Shown: positions 25,219 through 38,599 of the stretch, piece after piece
Layout: every line of letters begins with the position of its first letter
How positions within the stretch are numbered: position 1 is the stretch's first letter
NCBI GenBank assembly: GCA_053919585.1
Contig: CM132808.1
Source: Euprymna scolopes
Lineage: Eukaryota
Strand: one strand, 5' to 3'
Length of the DNA stretch: 64,000 nt
Position numbers and translations under genes: made by a program
Notes under the pieces: model-generated
The model's input: only the letters and a program-made list of their open reading frames with translations
Told to the model about the DNA's origin: nothing
Databases searched by the model: none

Positions 25219-25540
25219 GTATGTTGTGATACTACATTTCTGGTACAATGATAAAGAACCCCTCTCAGGGAGCCCAAGAGCTCGACACATATGAAAACCT
25301 ATGTGCATTTTCTTGTCCTCGGAGGGGGGGGTAGACATGTAAAATGAAGTCGGAGCTGTTTTCGTCTCAAAATGTCAGCGCATATCAGCAAGTCATGTTG
25401 TTTATGCAATCCAGGTTGACACATGAAAAAGGTCAGATTAATGTGGTTGACATCAACTTCGCTAAACGGGTTAGCGTTTGGAACAATCTTTTGAAATTTA
25501 ATAAATATATCTTTGTTTCTCGGTAACATGTACGCGTACA

Positions 25541-25597
<57 letters not shown>

Positions 25598-26878
25598 CTA
25601 TCTCCTTTTCTTTCTTTTCTTTCTTTCCCTCTCATTTCGACGAGAGAATAATTGTAATTTAGTTAGAAGTTGGACTCCATTCGCGGCGTGTCAGTCCTCA
25701 GCTCAGCCAACTCTCGAGTTCTTAAAATGCTTCTTCAAATCTTAAAATAACATAATTCTATTTTTATCTAAAAAAAAAAAAATGTGTTGGTTGCTTATTG
25801 TATGCAACGTACAATTCTACCACAGCGGTCCTCTCAGTAATGACGTCGAGCACTCGAATAGAAGACCGGCCAACAAATGTAGAGGATGTGCCAATCCTTT
25901 TTTTAATGTGTTTAACAACCGGGGGAGAGGGAGGGGTTACTGTGCCAAATACGTAACAGCCGTTTCAGAGTTATCCCCACGGCGCGGATAAACCAGGATA
26001 CTCTCTCCGGTAAATGATCGGGTTATACACTTAATCTTTTTCTGTCCTCGGTCAGAAAAAGAGAAATTATTCTAGACTGAGGCAGTTTTAATTTTTAGCC
26101 CAATCCAGAATCCCCCCCTTTTGGGGGAACTGACTGAATCTCCCCCATATTAAAAACCGCTTTTGTACCTGGCCCTGACCTAGTCGTAAGAAATATTCCT
26201 GAGTTCGACAAAACACACATGAAGGAGGTCGGAGGTTACAGCGGATGAAATATGATGAGAATAACATCCTGAACGATTGCCTATGGATTTTCGTGACTGA
26301 ACGATATTTTTAGGGAATTAATTACGATTTCAGTCGTGTACATTCTTTCGAGTTTACTCTTTATGACCCGGTTGAACTCATTCGTTCAGTTGTAAATAAA
26401 TGAATATAACGGCATAAATAAAGTTGGAATTGATTCAAACACGCCTTGTACGTATTAGTAAAGTATCTGGGTAGATACCAGATACCTCTAAATTGCAATT
26501 GTCCATTGCTTACATTCAGTATGCTGCCATCTAAATTAACAATAAATATTTTTTTAATCATCTCCATGATAATTCGGGCCATAAAGAGTTAAAAACAAAA
26601 CGCACACTAGAATCTGATTTTTGTCTCCCCCCCCCCAACGACGAAACATTCGCTTATTCATGCGTTTTTTATATGTAAAATTTATTTTTCGACAGAATAC
26701 CTCAAACAAAGATAATTAATAAATCCTTATTCAGCGGAGTTTCAAAGGAAAGAAATATGTTTAAAAATTTGCCGGTTTTAGCATTGTAAGAAACTGCATT
26801 GCATAACGGTGGTCATAAAATGTAAAGCATATTTGTAAAATGTTTTATACACATATTATTTTTACAATATAATTACTA

Positions 26879-26915
26879 ACTGACACGTGTTTCGTCGTCT
26901 ACGACTCATCAGAGT
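26879..26915 (-). ncRNA. Canonical type I hammerhead ribozyme (family D)
   Basis: ACU-CUGAUGA-GUCG(UAGA)CGAC-GAAAC-ACGU-GUC-AGU, all core nucleotides intact. Confidence 0.85.
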
Positions 26916-26953
26916 GACTGAATCTAGCGAGATTTGAAATGCCAAGTACATAT

Positions 26954-27041
<88 letters not shown>

Positions 27042-27065
27042 AAATGGAGGTGGAAGGACCTGGAT

Positions 27066-27105
27066 ACTCAACGTTTCGCCCGATTTATGCGGGCTTCTTC
27101 AAGAG
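27066..27105 (-). ncRNA. HHR-like motif with C3U variant
   Basis: CUC-UUGAAGA-A-GCCCG..CGGGC-GAAA-CG-UU-GAG. Confidence 0.6.
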
Positions 27106-27593
27106 GGATGGTATATATATATACTCTCATGGAATGTGAGAACTAAAGGACAAGAGGGATGGTATATATATGTAATCGGAATTTCAATCAATCTCAATTT
27201 ACAATGATAGAGTTTGGTAATATTCCAATCCGATGTGGTTAAAATGAATAATCCGAAGCAGTTAAAATAACGCAAATCCGTCGTTGAAACGTCCAAATAA
27301 CGCAGATTATCAGATATGAGCAAAAAAAAAAAAAAAAAAAAGAAGTAAAATAAACAAGGTAAAGGATTTATTGATTATTTTTTAGGTATTCTATCGAGAA
27401 ATAAATTTTACATGTAAATTTTAATTTACGATAGTCATTTATGCTTCTTTTGTCAAGCTGTACTTCCTATTGTCGTCGTATTGATCTTTTTTATTTGGCT
27501 GAGATTAATATATGAATATCAGTATTTATACTAGATTGAATTTTATATTTGCTTTCGTCTAGTAAACTTTTCTGATCTACTTCCTTATTTGAA

Positions 27594-27669
<76 letters not shown>

Positions 27670-27992
27670 ATATATATCACTTCAAGGTAAAATATTAGCC
27701 AAAAATACATGTTTGGTAAATATATTCCGAACCAGAAAACAACACTTCTCCCTTTATTAGAAACCTCGCTCATGGAATGTGAGAACTAAAGGACAAAATA
27801 AGGGAAGCGAAAGTTTTTCTATATGAATAAATGAGAAAGTCTTTGTCTTCTGTTTTCAACAAAACTTATGAATGAAATGTTTATTTAAAAAGAAAATTGA
27901 ATTCAAGAATTTCAAGAATTTCAAACTTCGGGAAACGCAGGTCATTATTTTATATTCACTGATTTTTTTAAAAGGTTTTTCTTCTATTCCAG

Positions 27993-28152
27993 GCGGACAC
28001 AGAATGAAGAGCAAACGTGCGCTAAGTGGCGAGAGACGTGCTCCCCTTGGTCGAAGACCAAAAACAAATGCTGTGATCCCAGCAGTTACGTGTGTAAATG
28101 CAACCTGTGGATGCAAAATTGCAGATGTGCTAACAGGATCTGGGGCGGCTAA
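27993..28152 (+). CDS. Coding exon 3: mature 8-Cys inhibitor-cystine-knot peptide RTQNEEQTCAKWRETCSPWSKTKNKCCDPSSYVCKCNLWMQNCRCANRIWGG*
   Basis: TTTTCTTCTATTCCAG acceptor; Cys pattern C-x6-C-x9-CC-x6-CxC-x6-CxC with CxCNLWxxNCRC typical of agatoxin-like peptides; stop TAA 28150-28152; AATAAA at 28263. Confidence 0.9.
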
Positions 28153-28836
28153 TTTCGGCAACTGATGCCAACAAACAGCGAACCTAATAACGACGACGGG
28201 CAACTTTTCCAAAATAGAGACTGACAAAGAACGCAAGTAAAGGTCAAACACCTGACCTTAAAAATAAAAATAATAAAAAACAAAAAAAAAAAAACAAAAA
28301 AAAACGGCTTAAACAAAGAAAACTAATGTTGGTTAATATCAAGTTCCGTACCTCTTTGTTGACATTCTTCATCAGCTGATCTGATCTGACCTGATCTATG
28401 TATATGGCTGGTGCAAAAATAATGTCGTTTCTGACTTGAANNNNNNNNNNNNNNNNNNNNNNNNNNNNNNNNNNNNNNNNNNNNNNNNNNNNNNNNNNNN
28501 NNNNNNNNNNNNNNNNNNNNNNNNNNNNNNNNNNNNNNNNNNNNNNNNNNNNNNNNNNNNNNNNNNNNNNNTTCTGGTTAATGTTTACCAGTTTTAAAAT
28601 ATTCTGTTATTCTGAAAAAAAACAAAAAAAACAACAACAAACAGCCAAGTTCATTTGCATGTTTTACAACTGATAAACATTAACCAGAAGTGACTTTTCC
28701 AGGGCATTCATATATATTCAACAAAGGAGAATGGAACTTGATTTAAACTCTAATATATTACAGATGCTGTCGTCACATGTGCGGTTATTCTTGGTGCCAG
28801 TAAAACTCATACTGACATTATTAAACATAACCATTG

Positions 28837-28911
<75 letters not shown>

Positions 28912-29081
28912 CAAAAGCTATTCAGAATTATTATAGAACAAAAGTTATCTCTCTGTCTTCTACATATACTAATATTTAATCAAATCAATAAACAAAATAT
29001 TAAATCTATTTACTTTATCGGATAAACGTAATTTTGCCCATGTAAGATATATATAAAATACTTATATATTCCATATTTATT

Positions 29082-29148
<67 letters not shown>

Positions 29149-29852
29149 AGAAGGATATAACAATGCGATAATCTACCTGGTTTGTTAAAAGGGGACGCTC
29201 GAAAGAAGGAAAATCGTTTCTTTGTTTATTACTTAGATTTTGATATATGTAAGATTAATCAGATACGCCTCCACGCTTAGCAAAAACAAGCATGTGATAC
29301 TGAGACAGAGTTAAAAAAATTTCACCACAAAAGTATGGTATCCTCGAAATATCGTAGAAAGTGATCGGAGAGAATCATTAGCAGCCAGTTTTATTTAAAA
29401 CAAACAAATAAACAACAACAAAAAAGAACGAATAAAAAATATAAAGAAAACTAAAAAGAAAACCCAAAAAAACTTTGTGTTATTTAGTTGAAAAAATATT
29501 TACTTGCTTCCGATTCTTCTCCCTTATCACAGGATCTTGTGTGAAGCCGAAATTTCGCGATATTCCGGTGATATCACCTCTTTGTCAAGTGTCTCTATTT
29601 CTCTATGTCATTACCACGTGCTTATTTTTATTGCTGTGTGAGCAAGTACAATTTATTTTGAACAAACAAAAATANNNNNNNNNNNNNNNNNNNNNNNNNN
29701 NNNNNNNNNNNNNNNNNNNNNNNNNNNNNNNNNNNNNNNNNNNNNNNNNNNNNNNNNNNNNNNNNNNNNNNNNNNNNNNNNNNNNNNNNNNNNNNNNNNN
29801 NNNNNNNNGCAACCTAGTTATATTTCTGCATTGTTAAAGCCTTCTACTAAGT

Positions 29853-29948
<96 letters not shown>

Positions 29949-30372
29949 ACAATACTACATGACACTCTACAGACGGCTAGATAATCTAACTATTCAACAC
30001 ACAAACAAATGCAATTGTTATTAAGTTCAAAATTACGTTCAACATTTTCGAAATATATGGAATATAAAGTTGGCTGTGTAAAAGACAAACTAAGCGACGA
30101 GGTCACTGAAACATTTCTCTTTTTTTTCCTTCTTCCCTGTTCTTTTTCTAGCAATGCCTGCCTTATGGTCTGAACTTTCACACAATCTCATTGAAATGGA
30201 TGTGAGTTCAACTCGCGTGTTCAACAACAACTCGTTTCAATTAACTGATTTGATCTTGTTTATTCTGGAAATAAATATTGTTAGCCTCTGCATTTCTGTA
30301 GTTATTTTTGTTTTGTTTTGTTTTGTTTTCTGACACCGTTTAGATGATACTCCACGGTAAATAATGACACAG

Positions 30373-31650
30373 ATAGTATAAAGATGTCGACGGACGTTGC
30401 ATTTTCACCATCACGTTGGGGTCACAAATTATCTAGTATAAAGATGTCGACGAACGTTGCATGTTCATCATCACGCCGGGATCACCAATTATCTAGTATA
30501 AAGATGTCGATGAACGTTGCATGTTCACCATCACGCCGGGGTCACCAATTATCTAGTATAAAGATGTCGATGAACGTTGCATGTTCACCATCACGTCGGG
30601 GTCACCAATTATCTAGTATAAAGATGTCGATGAACGTTGCATGTTCACCATCACGTTGGGGTCACAAATTATCTAGTATAAAGATGTCGACGAACGTTGC
30701 ATGTTCATCATCACGCCGGGATCACCAATTATCTAGTATAAAGATATCGATGAACGTTGCATGTTCACCATCACGCCGGGGTCACAAATTATCTAGTATA
30801 AAGATGTCGATGAATGTTGCATGTCCATCATCACGTTGGGGTCACAAATTATCTAGTATAAAGATGTCGATGAACGTTGCATGTTCACCATCACGCCGGG
30901 GTCACCAATTATCTAGTATAAAGATGTCGATGAACATTGCATGTTCACCATCACGTCGGGGTCACCAATTATCTAGTATAAAGATGTCGATGAACGTTGC
31001 ATGTTCACCATCACGTTGGGGTCACAAATTATCTAGTATAAAGATGTCGACGAACGTTGCATGTTCACCATCACGCCGGGGTCACAAATTATCTAGTATA
31101 AAGATGTCGATGAATGTTGCATGTTCATCATCACGTTGGGGTCACAAATTATCTAGTATAAAGATGTCGACGGACGTTGCATGTTCACCATCACGTTGGG
31201 GTCACAAATTATCTAGTATAAAGATGTCGACGAACGTTGCATGTTCATCATCACGCCGGGATCACCAATTATCTAGTATAAAGATATCGATGAACGTTGC
31301 ATGTTCACCATCACGCCGGGGTCACCAATTATCTAGTATAAAGATGTCGATGAACGTTGCATGTTCACCATCACGTCGGGGTCACCAGTTATGCAGTATA
31401 AAGATGTCAACGAATGTTGCATGTTCACCATCACGTCGGGATCACCAGTTATGTAGTATAAAGATGTCAATGAACATTGCATGTTCATCATCACGTCGGG
31501 ATCACCAATTATGTAGTATAAAGATGTCGACGAATGTTTCATGTTCGCCATCACGTCGAGGTCACCAATTATGTAGTATAAAGATGTCAGCGAACGTTGC
31601 GTGTTATCCATCATGTCGGGAGTCGCTAAAATGTAGAATAAAGGAGACGT
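30373..31650. repeat. 60-bp tandem repeat, ~21 units
   Basis: Units align exactly line by line (agtataaagatgtcgatgaacgttgcatgttcaccatcacgtcggggtcaccaattatct). Confidence 0.97.
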
Positions 31651-32270
31651 GAAGTCTCATTCTAACATTTAATAAACAGCTTTATTGGTCATCTTTGTTA
31701 GTAAGAATAAGGAAACTGGTTTTATAGTCGTGGAAAGAGTTTCTGTGTAAAGACGTTGATGATTATAAAGATTATGTTGAAAGAGAAAAGTGTCCAGTGG
31801 ATACATGTTGATGTTGATGGTCGGAGCGTGTGTACATGTATGGACGGGGGGGGGCAAAAGATTAGAGAGTCCTGTGTTAAAAAGAGAGTATGCGTCTGTA
31901 CCGCATGTGGAGATAGCCATGTTGGTTTGTTTGTATTCATGTTAGCCGGGGTCAAAGGGCCCGGGCAAAGTCACGCTCCAACAGAAGAGTGTGCTGGGAA
32001 CAAAGAGAGAAAGAGAGAGAGAGAGTGTGTTGCCGGCTTACCCTTTTATAGACTCGGTCACGTGACTGAGAGCTGATTTCTGATTGAACATGCCAGAAAG
32101 GAAGTGTATTTCAAAATCTCCAGCCGCGAGAATTCGCTTCTGCTTGTGTCTATTGCAATTTTTGCCTGCAACAGATTAAAATAGCACAGATTAATAAATA
32201 GGAATAAATGGCACAAAGAAAAGAAATAAATCTGTTTTTACGTTTCTGATTTTTTTAGATAAGGATTGGT

Positions 32271-32700
32271 TATTCGTATTATCTGGAATCTTCAGACTAC
32301 TGTTTTCATCTTGGGTGTCATTTTCACAACGTTTCGGTCGATGTAACTTTCGCAAGGACCTGTGGTGCAGTGGTTAAAGTACTTGGAAAAATCAATTGTA
32401 AAAAGTGATATTCTCCTGAAGGTTGAAGGTTCAATTCTCAGTGTGAGCGACTGAAAGACATAATTTTGAATTACTTAGAAACTTTACCCAGTCATGGCTG
32501 ACGGAACGAGAGCATGCTAACCCTGCGAATTAAATAAAGAGTTTCCTCTGAAATTTCATCCAAATTCCCGAATTCGATAGAAACATTTCCGAGTTTGACA
32601 AGATACACCTGAAGAAGGTCGGAGGTTACATCAACCGAAACATTGTGAAAAATGATACTTCAGATGAGAACAGTAGTTCGAAGATTACAAATAATACGAA
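32271..32700 (+). mobile_element. Family B tRNA-box + HHR element with inverted 3' copy at its 5' end
   Basis: Inverted tail 32271-32350; A box TGGTGCAGTGG 32363-32373; B box GGTTCAATTCT 32428-32438; HHR 32606-32647. Confidence 0.8.
32606..32647 (+). ncRNA. Minimal type I hammerhead ribozyme
   Basis: CAC-CUGAAGA-A-GGUCG..(C)AACC-GAAA-CA-UU-GUG; sister copies give CGACC and ACGU. Confidence 0.7.
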
Positions 32701-32840
32701 AGCTGTGGTTCTTAACTTCTTTTTCTTAAATGACCCCCATTATGTATCTCAAGGCATGACCCTGACTCCAGTATTGTTCATTATATATGTGTCATTATAT
32801 AGCACTAGTAGTTACCTGATTGAGTAAGGGAAGCAGTTGT

Positions 32841-33206
32841 GCACTAATGTGAAAGTACAACTTTTTTGGTTTTCAGTTGGAACATTTGGAAAGTGCATAG
32901 CAGGGGCAGACAAGCTTCTTATATTTCTTTTAATTCAATAAATGTGTATCAAAGATTTTTTCAGCAAAAACAGTGGGCATTCGAAAATTTCAGAATTTTT
33001 GCTTGTTACAAAAAAAGAATCTCTAATTTGTGTTTCTAAAAAACTGTATTTTTTTGTTATCATAATTTTCTTAAATCTGTTTTAAAAACAAAATTTATTG
33101 TTGTGAGATTTTCGATCCGGTCCTGAAATTGCATTTGTCTGCCCCTGCCATGCACTCTCCCATGCCCAACTGAAAACCAAAATAGTTGTACCTTCGCACC
33201 CGTGTA
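32841..33206. mobile_element. Tc1/mariner-type MITE
   Basis: ~70-bp TIRs (gaaagtacaac..ttggttttcagttgg..gcaggggcagacaa / ttgtctgcccctgc..ccaactgaaaaccaa..gttgtacc), TA at right end. Confidence 0.7.
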
Positions 33207-35133
33207 TAAGTTCCCCATTTTTTTTTTTTATTGTAACTTCAATTTGACTTTTAAAGGACAGAATGAAACGTTCACCATATCTCATCGGATAAAAAACAGC
33301 ACCAATCCAGGTTTTAAAAAAAATTTGAAAGAATAAAAAAACTATTTTATGTTTATCTGTCAGTTTTTGTATTAGAGATTAAAAAAAAAAAACAAATGAA
33401 AATATGAGTGCGTGTGAGCATAAAAGTTACAATTTCATCTTTAGTTCAAATCCACTCTTAAATTTATAGGAGTATAGATATATAATTTTAATTTTAATTC
33501 AACTAACGAGCCTGTTTTGATATTACACTTATTTTTTTCTGTCCTCAGTAAAGGAAAATCCTTCTAGACTCGGATAATTTTTATTTTATTCTAATCCAGA
33601 ATGTCCTGGGCGGGCTGTATTTTCCTCACATTAAAACCTGACCTTGTGTCTAACTCTGCCTTAGCCAAGTAAGCAAGGATAAATCTTTTAATTTTTCCCT
33701 TTATTGTATTCTGTGAGATTTTCATCTATATTGTGCCATTTATATATATATTGTGCCATTTTCAGCTGCACTATTGTTACCTAGAGCCTGTTTCAACGCT
33801 TTGCATTCATTGTAGATTATCAAATTATCTCTATATTGGTGGAAATTATCAACGCGTTCCTACGGAACGGAAAGGACAATATTAAACGGTAAGTCCGTAT
33901 GACTTAAACGAGTTCTCTTCTCGCCCTTTTCTTCTCTCCAAGAATTTTACATCAACTAGCAGTTAACTTCACAATGTCATTTTAGACTACAATAAAACCT
34001 CGGGATACGGTGGCCCTAGGATACGTTTTTTTCAGGCTATAATGTGGAATACGATATTTTTCCGGCCCCTGGTTACGCTATTTGTCCTGCCTTACGGTGT
34101 TATTTATAATGTTATTTGATTATATACATGTGTATTATAAACTGCACTGTATTTTTTCACCAATGTTTAATGCCGTATCCTGGGGTTCTACTGTATTTAC
34201 AAATCTATGCTTCCTCTGGTAAAATGATTTGGCAAGGGCGCGGTTCAGTTTACACTTGCCAAAGTTGGATAATGATTAAAGAAAAGAGGTACAGAAGACA
34301 CACACGACATAAAGATAATGTATGTATTAAATTATTAAATTAAGCAATAATAAAGAAAAATGTGTTTGCGGTTTTAGGAGTCTAACTAATAAAAACGTTC
34401 TTTTACGCCCCAAAAAACAAACGACCCTTAGAATGTTCAATGTTAGGTAGTCGCATTCAAATTAAGAAAGAGGTTTCCTCACTTGTTGACCGGACAACAT
34501 CCCATTCGAAAAAGAGCAAGAATAAGTTATTTTATTTTATTTTATTTGCATTAACACCGACAAAATCGGCTGCCCACTGATTGGTCAAAGAGGACCGCCT
34601 TGACTAATCGAACAGTGCTTATTTTCAAGAATAGGTAGAGGTGGACAAGAAGAGAATTATTTTATGGGAGAAAGAGAGGTAAACCCTTTTTTAATATAGC
34701 AGTTTCACATTTTTACTAGTCTGTGAGGATGATATGATTGTAAAAGTACAATACGTAGTTAAAGCAGAAGAAATTGTTCTGAACAATTAAAATAATTTAC
34801 AACACCGCTATTGTTAATGTTTACCCATTTATGTTTTTATTATCGCTGATGTTTGAAGTCGTGTTTTGAAACACATAAACCTATGGCGTTACGCCAAAGC
34901 TATAGTTATTTTGTAAAGGTATTGCTTTAAGCTGTATTTATGAAAACAAGTTTTAAATAGTTCAGATGGTAGAACTTCGGAGAGAAGATCTAAAGGTTTC
35001 GGTTTCCATTTCCGGTCGTGGAACCGACTTTGTTTGTTGAGAATTTATTATTTATTACTATTAATGCGAATGTTTCCATTTCTAAAAGTAGTTAATATAT
35101 CTGATATTTCGAAAATTGCGTATTATATATGTA

Positions 35134-35588
35134 CTAGCCTGGGTGCCCGGCGTTTCCCGGGTGTTTGGAGGTGTGTGTTGCGTAAAAAAAAAAGTGGTAG
35201 CAGGCAGAGAGCCTCGAACACGTACTGCGAAGGAAAAAAAGAACGTGAAAAAAAAACGTGACATCTTGGGCGTTGCGTCCATCGCCAAACCAGAAGTGGC
35301 TAAAGTTCAAATTAATTCAGTCGAAAAGAGGAGATGACTTTCGAAAATATCGGCGAAAAAAGCGACCCCTCCTTGTAGAAAAGTGCCCAATTGAGGGTGA
35401 AGGAATTAGTGTTTTTGGCCAATTTTTCGATATTTGTCGTCCGAACAGTCGAGCTTCAACACGATACCGATCTTGTGAAAACGGTCGCCTCTGTCGAAAG
35501 TTTTAAACATACCTACATACATACATACATACATACATACATACATACATGCATTTAAACAGACAGGTGATATTTATATTATAGAAGA
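35134..35588 (-). mobile_element. Non-autonomous Helitron
   Basis: Minus strand 5'-TC, (GTAT)n, 3' hairpin CCCGG-GAAACG-CCGGG then CTAG, inserted between A and T. Confidence 0.85.
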
Positions 35589-36619
35589 TTACGCTTAAAC
35601 AATGTATTTATTTATATATCTGCAACAGAGAGATTAAACATTCAGGTCATTAATGTATACGTTCAATCATTATAAAATTCCTTCCCAAATGAAAGAAAAA
35701 GTATATAAGGAAACGAAAAATAGAAGAAATGTGGAGTATATTGTATGTGATGCTAATTTTTTAAAATTGTTTTCTAGTTGGTTAAAATGTAATTGAGGTA
35801 AATATAGGACGCTAAAACCGGATATGATGCTGCGACGTAAAATGTGTTAAATCTAACAATACGTAAATAACGACAATGCAGGTAATAGGAAATGGCATGT
35901 GTAACTTTAAAGTGATTAAATGATTTAGTGGAATAAATGATGTATAACAATGTGCGGCGATAGAACTACCGTAATGAATTAACGCTGCGGTGTTCGTTAT
36001 TTTGTACGTTTGTGTATAATCCAGAATAATAGAATGTCATCGTTGCAGCCAATAACAATCGGCGGACTGTTATGAGGGATAAATCAGTATTTTCGAATAG
36101 CGAAGTGTACTGGTAGTTGTAAGTGTATGAGTGTGCAATCCAGTTAATATCGGTGTCCGGTCAAAATAGGTATAATGGTTATAGAAGTACCCGGTCCTGT
36201 TTAGGAGAGTGGGAGCACTTTTCAGTTAGAGAGGGAAATATGAGCTACTTTGTCTTTAGGTCTTGGCAATCGTGATGATGTCGCTCCTAGGAAATAAGAT
36301 AAGAATTTATTATATCTAATAAATATTCTGTAACGGCGTTCATAAGTTACATAAGATGGTGGATAAAAGTTTAGACGAAATAAATTCGTATGTGGCATCG
36401 TATGTTATTGCAAACCTATCGTCATTTGGTCCAGAAGGCAATTTCTGCAATCAAATTATTATATAGAATAGATTAAATTTTAGATTTTAGAGTCACATAA
36501 CCCACCCCTCGCACTCACTCATTCCGATGACGAAATATTGGTTTTATACCGATTATTAAACTCAGTCATCATCATATCGTATGAATCCGAAGATTTTACT
36601 GTTGGCATTGGTTTCCCCG

Positions 36620-36772
36620 ATATTATTTCTAGAAAGACATCGGGTATTTGCAGGAGGGACCACGAGAAGGTCGCCATCGTCATGGAAATGATTTTTGTGG
36701 AAGAAACTGGATTCGAACTTGGAACAGCCAGGTTGTCAGTCCATGTCGTTAACAACTTACTCACTATCATCT
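36620..36772 (-). mobile_element. tRNA-derived SINE, copy 2
   Basis: Homologous to 6060-6220; GTTCGAATCC B box. Confidence 0.7.
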
Positions 36773-36796
36773 CCCATTAAACTCGGTGACTCTATT

Positions 36797-37191
36797 CTTT
36801 TTACTTGAGAGGTAACCTCTTATTTAGGCCTGTAAGCCATTCTAGGATAAGGGTTAAGTGTTGGATAGATGGTGAGATAATATGATCAGTTATGGCGGAA
36901 CTAGAGTAGGGCATACATTATCGATAGGTATTTATTCACATTAGATTTAAAGACGACTATGTTATAATCAGTTGAGAAGCAGACACAAAATATTGCGTTC
37001 CACAGACGGATAGTTCTGGGAAATAAACTGTCCATGGAATTCTAGTTTAGTTCTAGGCACCGATAAAGTGTGAGGGAAGTTGTTGACGGGTGTTGCACCC
37101 AGACGAGTATTTGTTGCGAACGTTTTACAGGAAGGGGCCATAGATTGGAGCTCAGCCGAGCACCTACCATAAAAATAACGATAGAGAAGAC

Positions 37192-37244
<53 letters not shown>

Positions 37245-37470
37245 TTCGCAATGTCTCTTCTGTGAGAAAGAAGAGGCCGGGAGGCGAAAAGGTCTCGCCC
37301 ACTAGATTGCGTAGACGGGTTTTCACTGTCCAAGCAAGAAAGGGTACTCTTAGGAGCTCCATCTCAGATGTGGCAGCAGTACTCCTTCTTAGGAAGTATT
37401 TAGCTCTTGTACAGGTTGAGGATTGCGTCGGGGGTGAGATACTTTCTGGAGCGGTATTTTAGAAAGGTAC
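36797..37470 (-). mobile_element. CR1/L2-group LINE 3' fragment
   Basis: LLSHRRDIANLSL..YRYFYGRCSAELQSM.., shared 3' UTR motif, interrupted by (GA)n. Confidence 0.85.
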
Positions 37471-37849
37471 ATCAATCTGAAAATTGGAAATAAATAAAAT
37501 TAAGGAAGTTTTTTTGGGGGAAAAAATGATACTCAAAATCGTAATTGAAATAATGATAATAATAAGAAGAATAAGAAGAAGAATAAGAAGAAGAAGAAGA
37601 AGAAGAAGAAGAAAATGTAAATAATATACTTCTATAGAATACGCATTGCTTTCATATTGTCGTCTATATAATAATATGCTAAGAGAATTTAATAAAAACT
37701 ACGTTATCACCTATCAACCCCTTTTTAAAGATGGGGTCAGCAGATTACTAAAAAGTTAATGCAAAAAAATGTAAATTTAAAAATTTCATTCGATGTCACT
37801 GCGCATTTCGTTTAGATTAGATGATTTTTGTTGGCGTTCCTTTCCGCGA

Positions 37850-37970
37850 TGTCTTTCTAGCTAGAATTCTTTATAGAAAGACTCTGGGTACTTATGAAAG
37901 GGGCCGCATGAAGATTACCAGCATCCACAAGTGAAAGTGCTTTTGTAGAATGAACTAGATTCGAACTTAG
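37850..37970 (-). mobile_element. tRNA-derived SINE, copy 3 (truncated)
   Basis: Homologous body, ends at the B box. Confidence 0.55.
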
Positions 37971-38599
37971 TGTGACAATATTGGGGATTAAAAAGGGTTG
38001 ATATGATACCGAGACAAACGTCGAGATTCAGACGGTGGAAAAACAAGAAAAGAAAAAGGGCAAAAAAAAAGACAAAGAAAGAAAGAATAGGGCAGAAACT
38101 GCGTTAAGTGTTCATAGGAGTCATAAAAGAAAAATTATTGGTAATAAATATGTTAATTTTTCTCCAAGAAAACTTCGAGTTATTTCTGGGCCATAAACCT
38201 AAATGGGATTTAACAATAAAGTAACTTTCCCAAAGATTTGAGAAACGAAAATTGTTTCGATAGTAGAACCACTTTTCCAGGATTTGTGATAACCGAATAA
38301 TGGTCCTTTGTTCAGGCCATATCAGGCCTTCATCAGGTAGTGTGGTCTTTGACATCCCAGAAGATTTGGCTGTCTCCTTCTCTTTTCTGTTTTCTTGTTG
38401 TCATAAACAGAATTATGATCCTTGATCTAATTCTCCCCTCTGTCAAGTATTGCATGGCTTATCAAAGAAGCTGAGAGGGCCACACGCACTGCGATGTGTA
38501 TTAATGAAAATATCTGTCGATAACCCCTTTTTCTGTGATTGAAACTGATAACAAATTTAATGAAGAATAATTATGATTTTAGGGAATAGGCACAGTCAT

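Noticed and set aside
27872-28165. ORF-track proteins on both strands over the knottin exon
   Set aside because: Wrong frames; the Cys-patterned frame starts after the splice acceptor at 27993
30373-31650. CRISPR-like array or 422-aa repeat protein
   Set aside because: No unique spacers and eukaryotic context; the open frame follows from a stop-free 60-bp unit, and the nearest upstream acceptor (30343) leads straight into an in-frame TGA
32356-32445. Genuine tRNA genes at the heads of families A-D and the SINEs
   Set aside because: A/B boxes are present but I could not fold a complete cloverleaf
38300-38340. Additional hammerhead on the minus strand (CUGAUGA-A-GGCC..GGCC)
   Set aside because: GAAA half of the core is mutated (UGAAC); at best a relic
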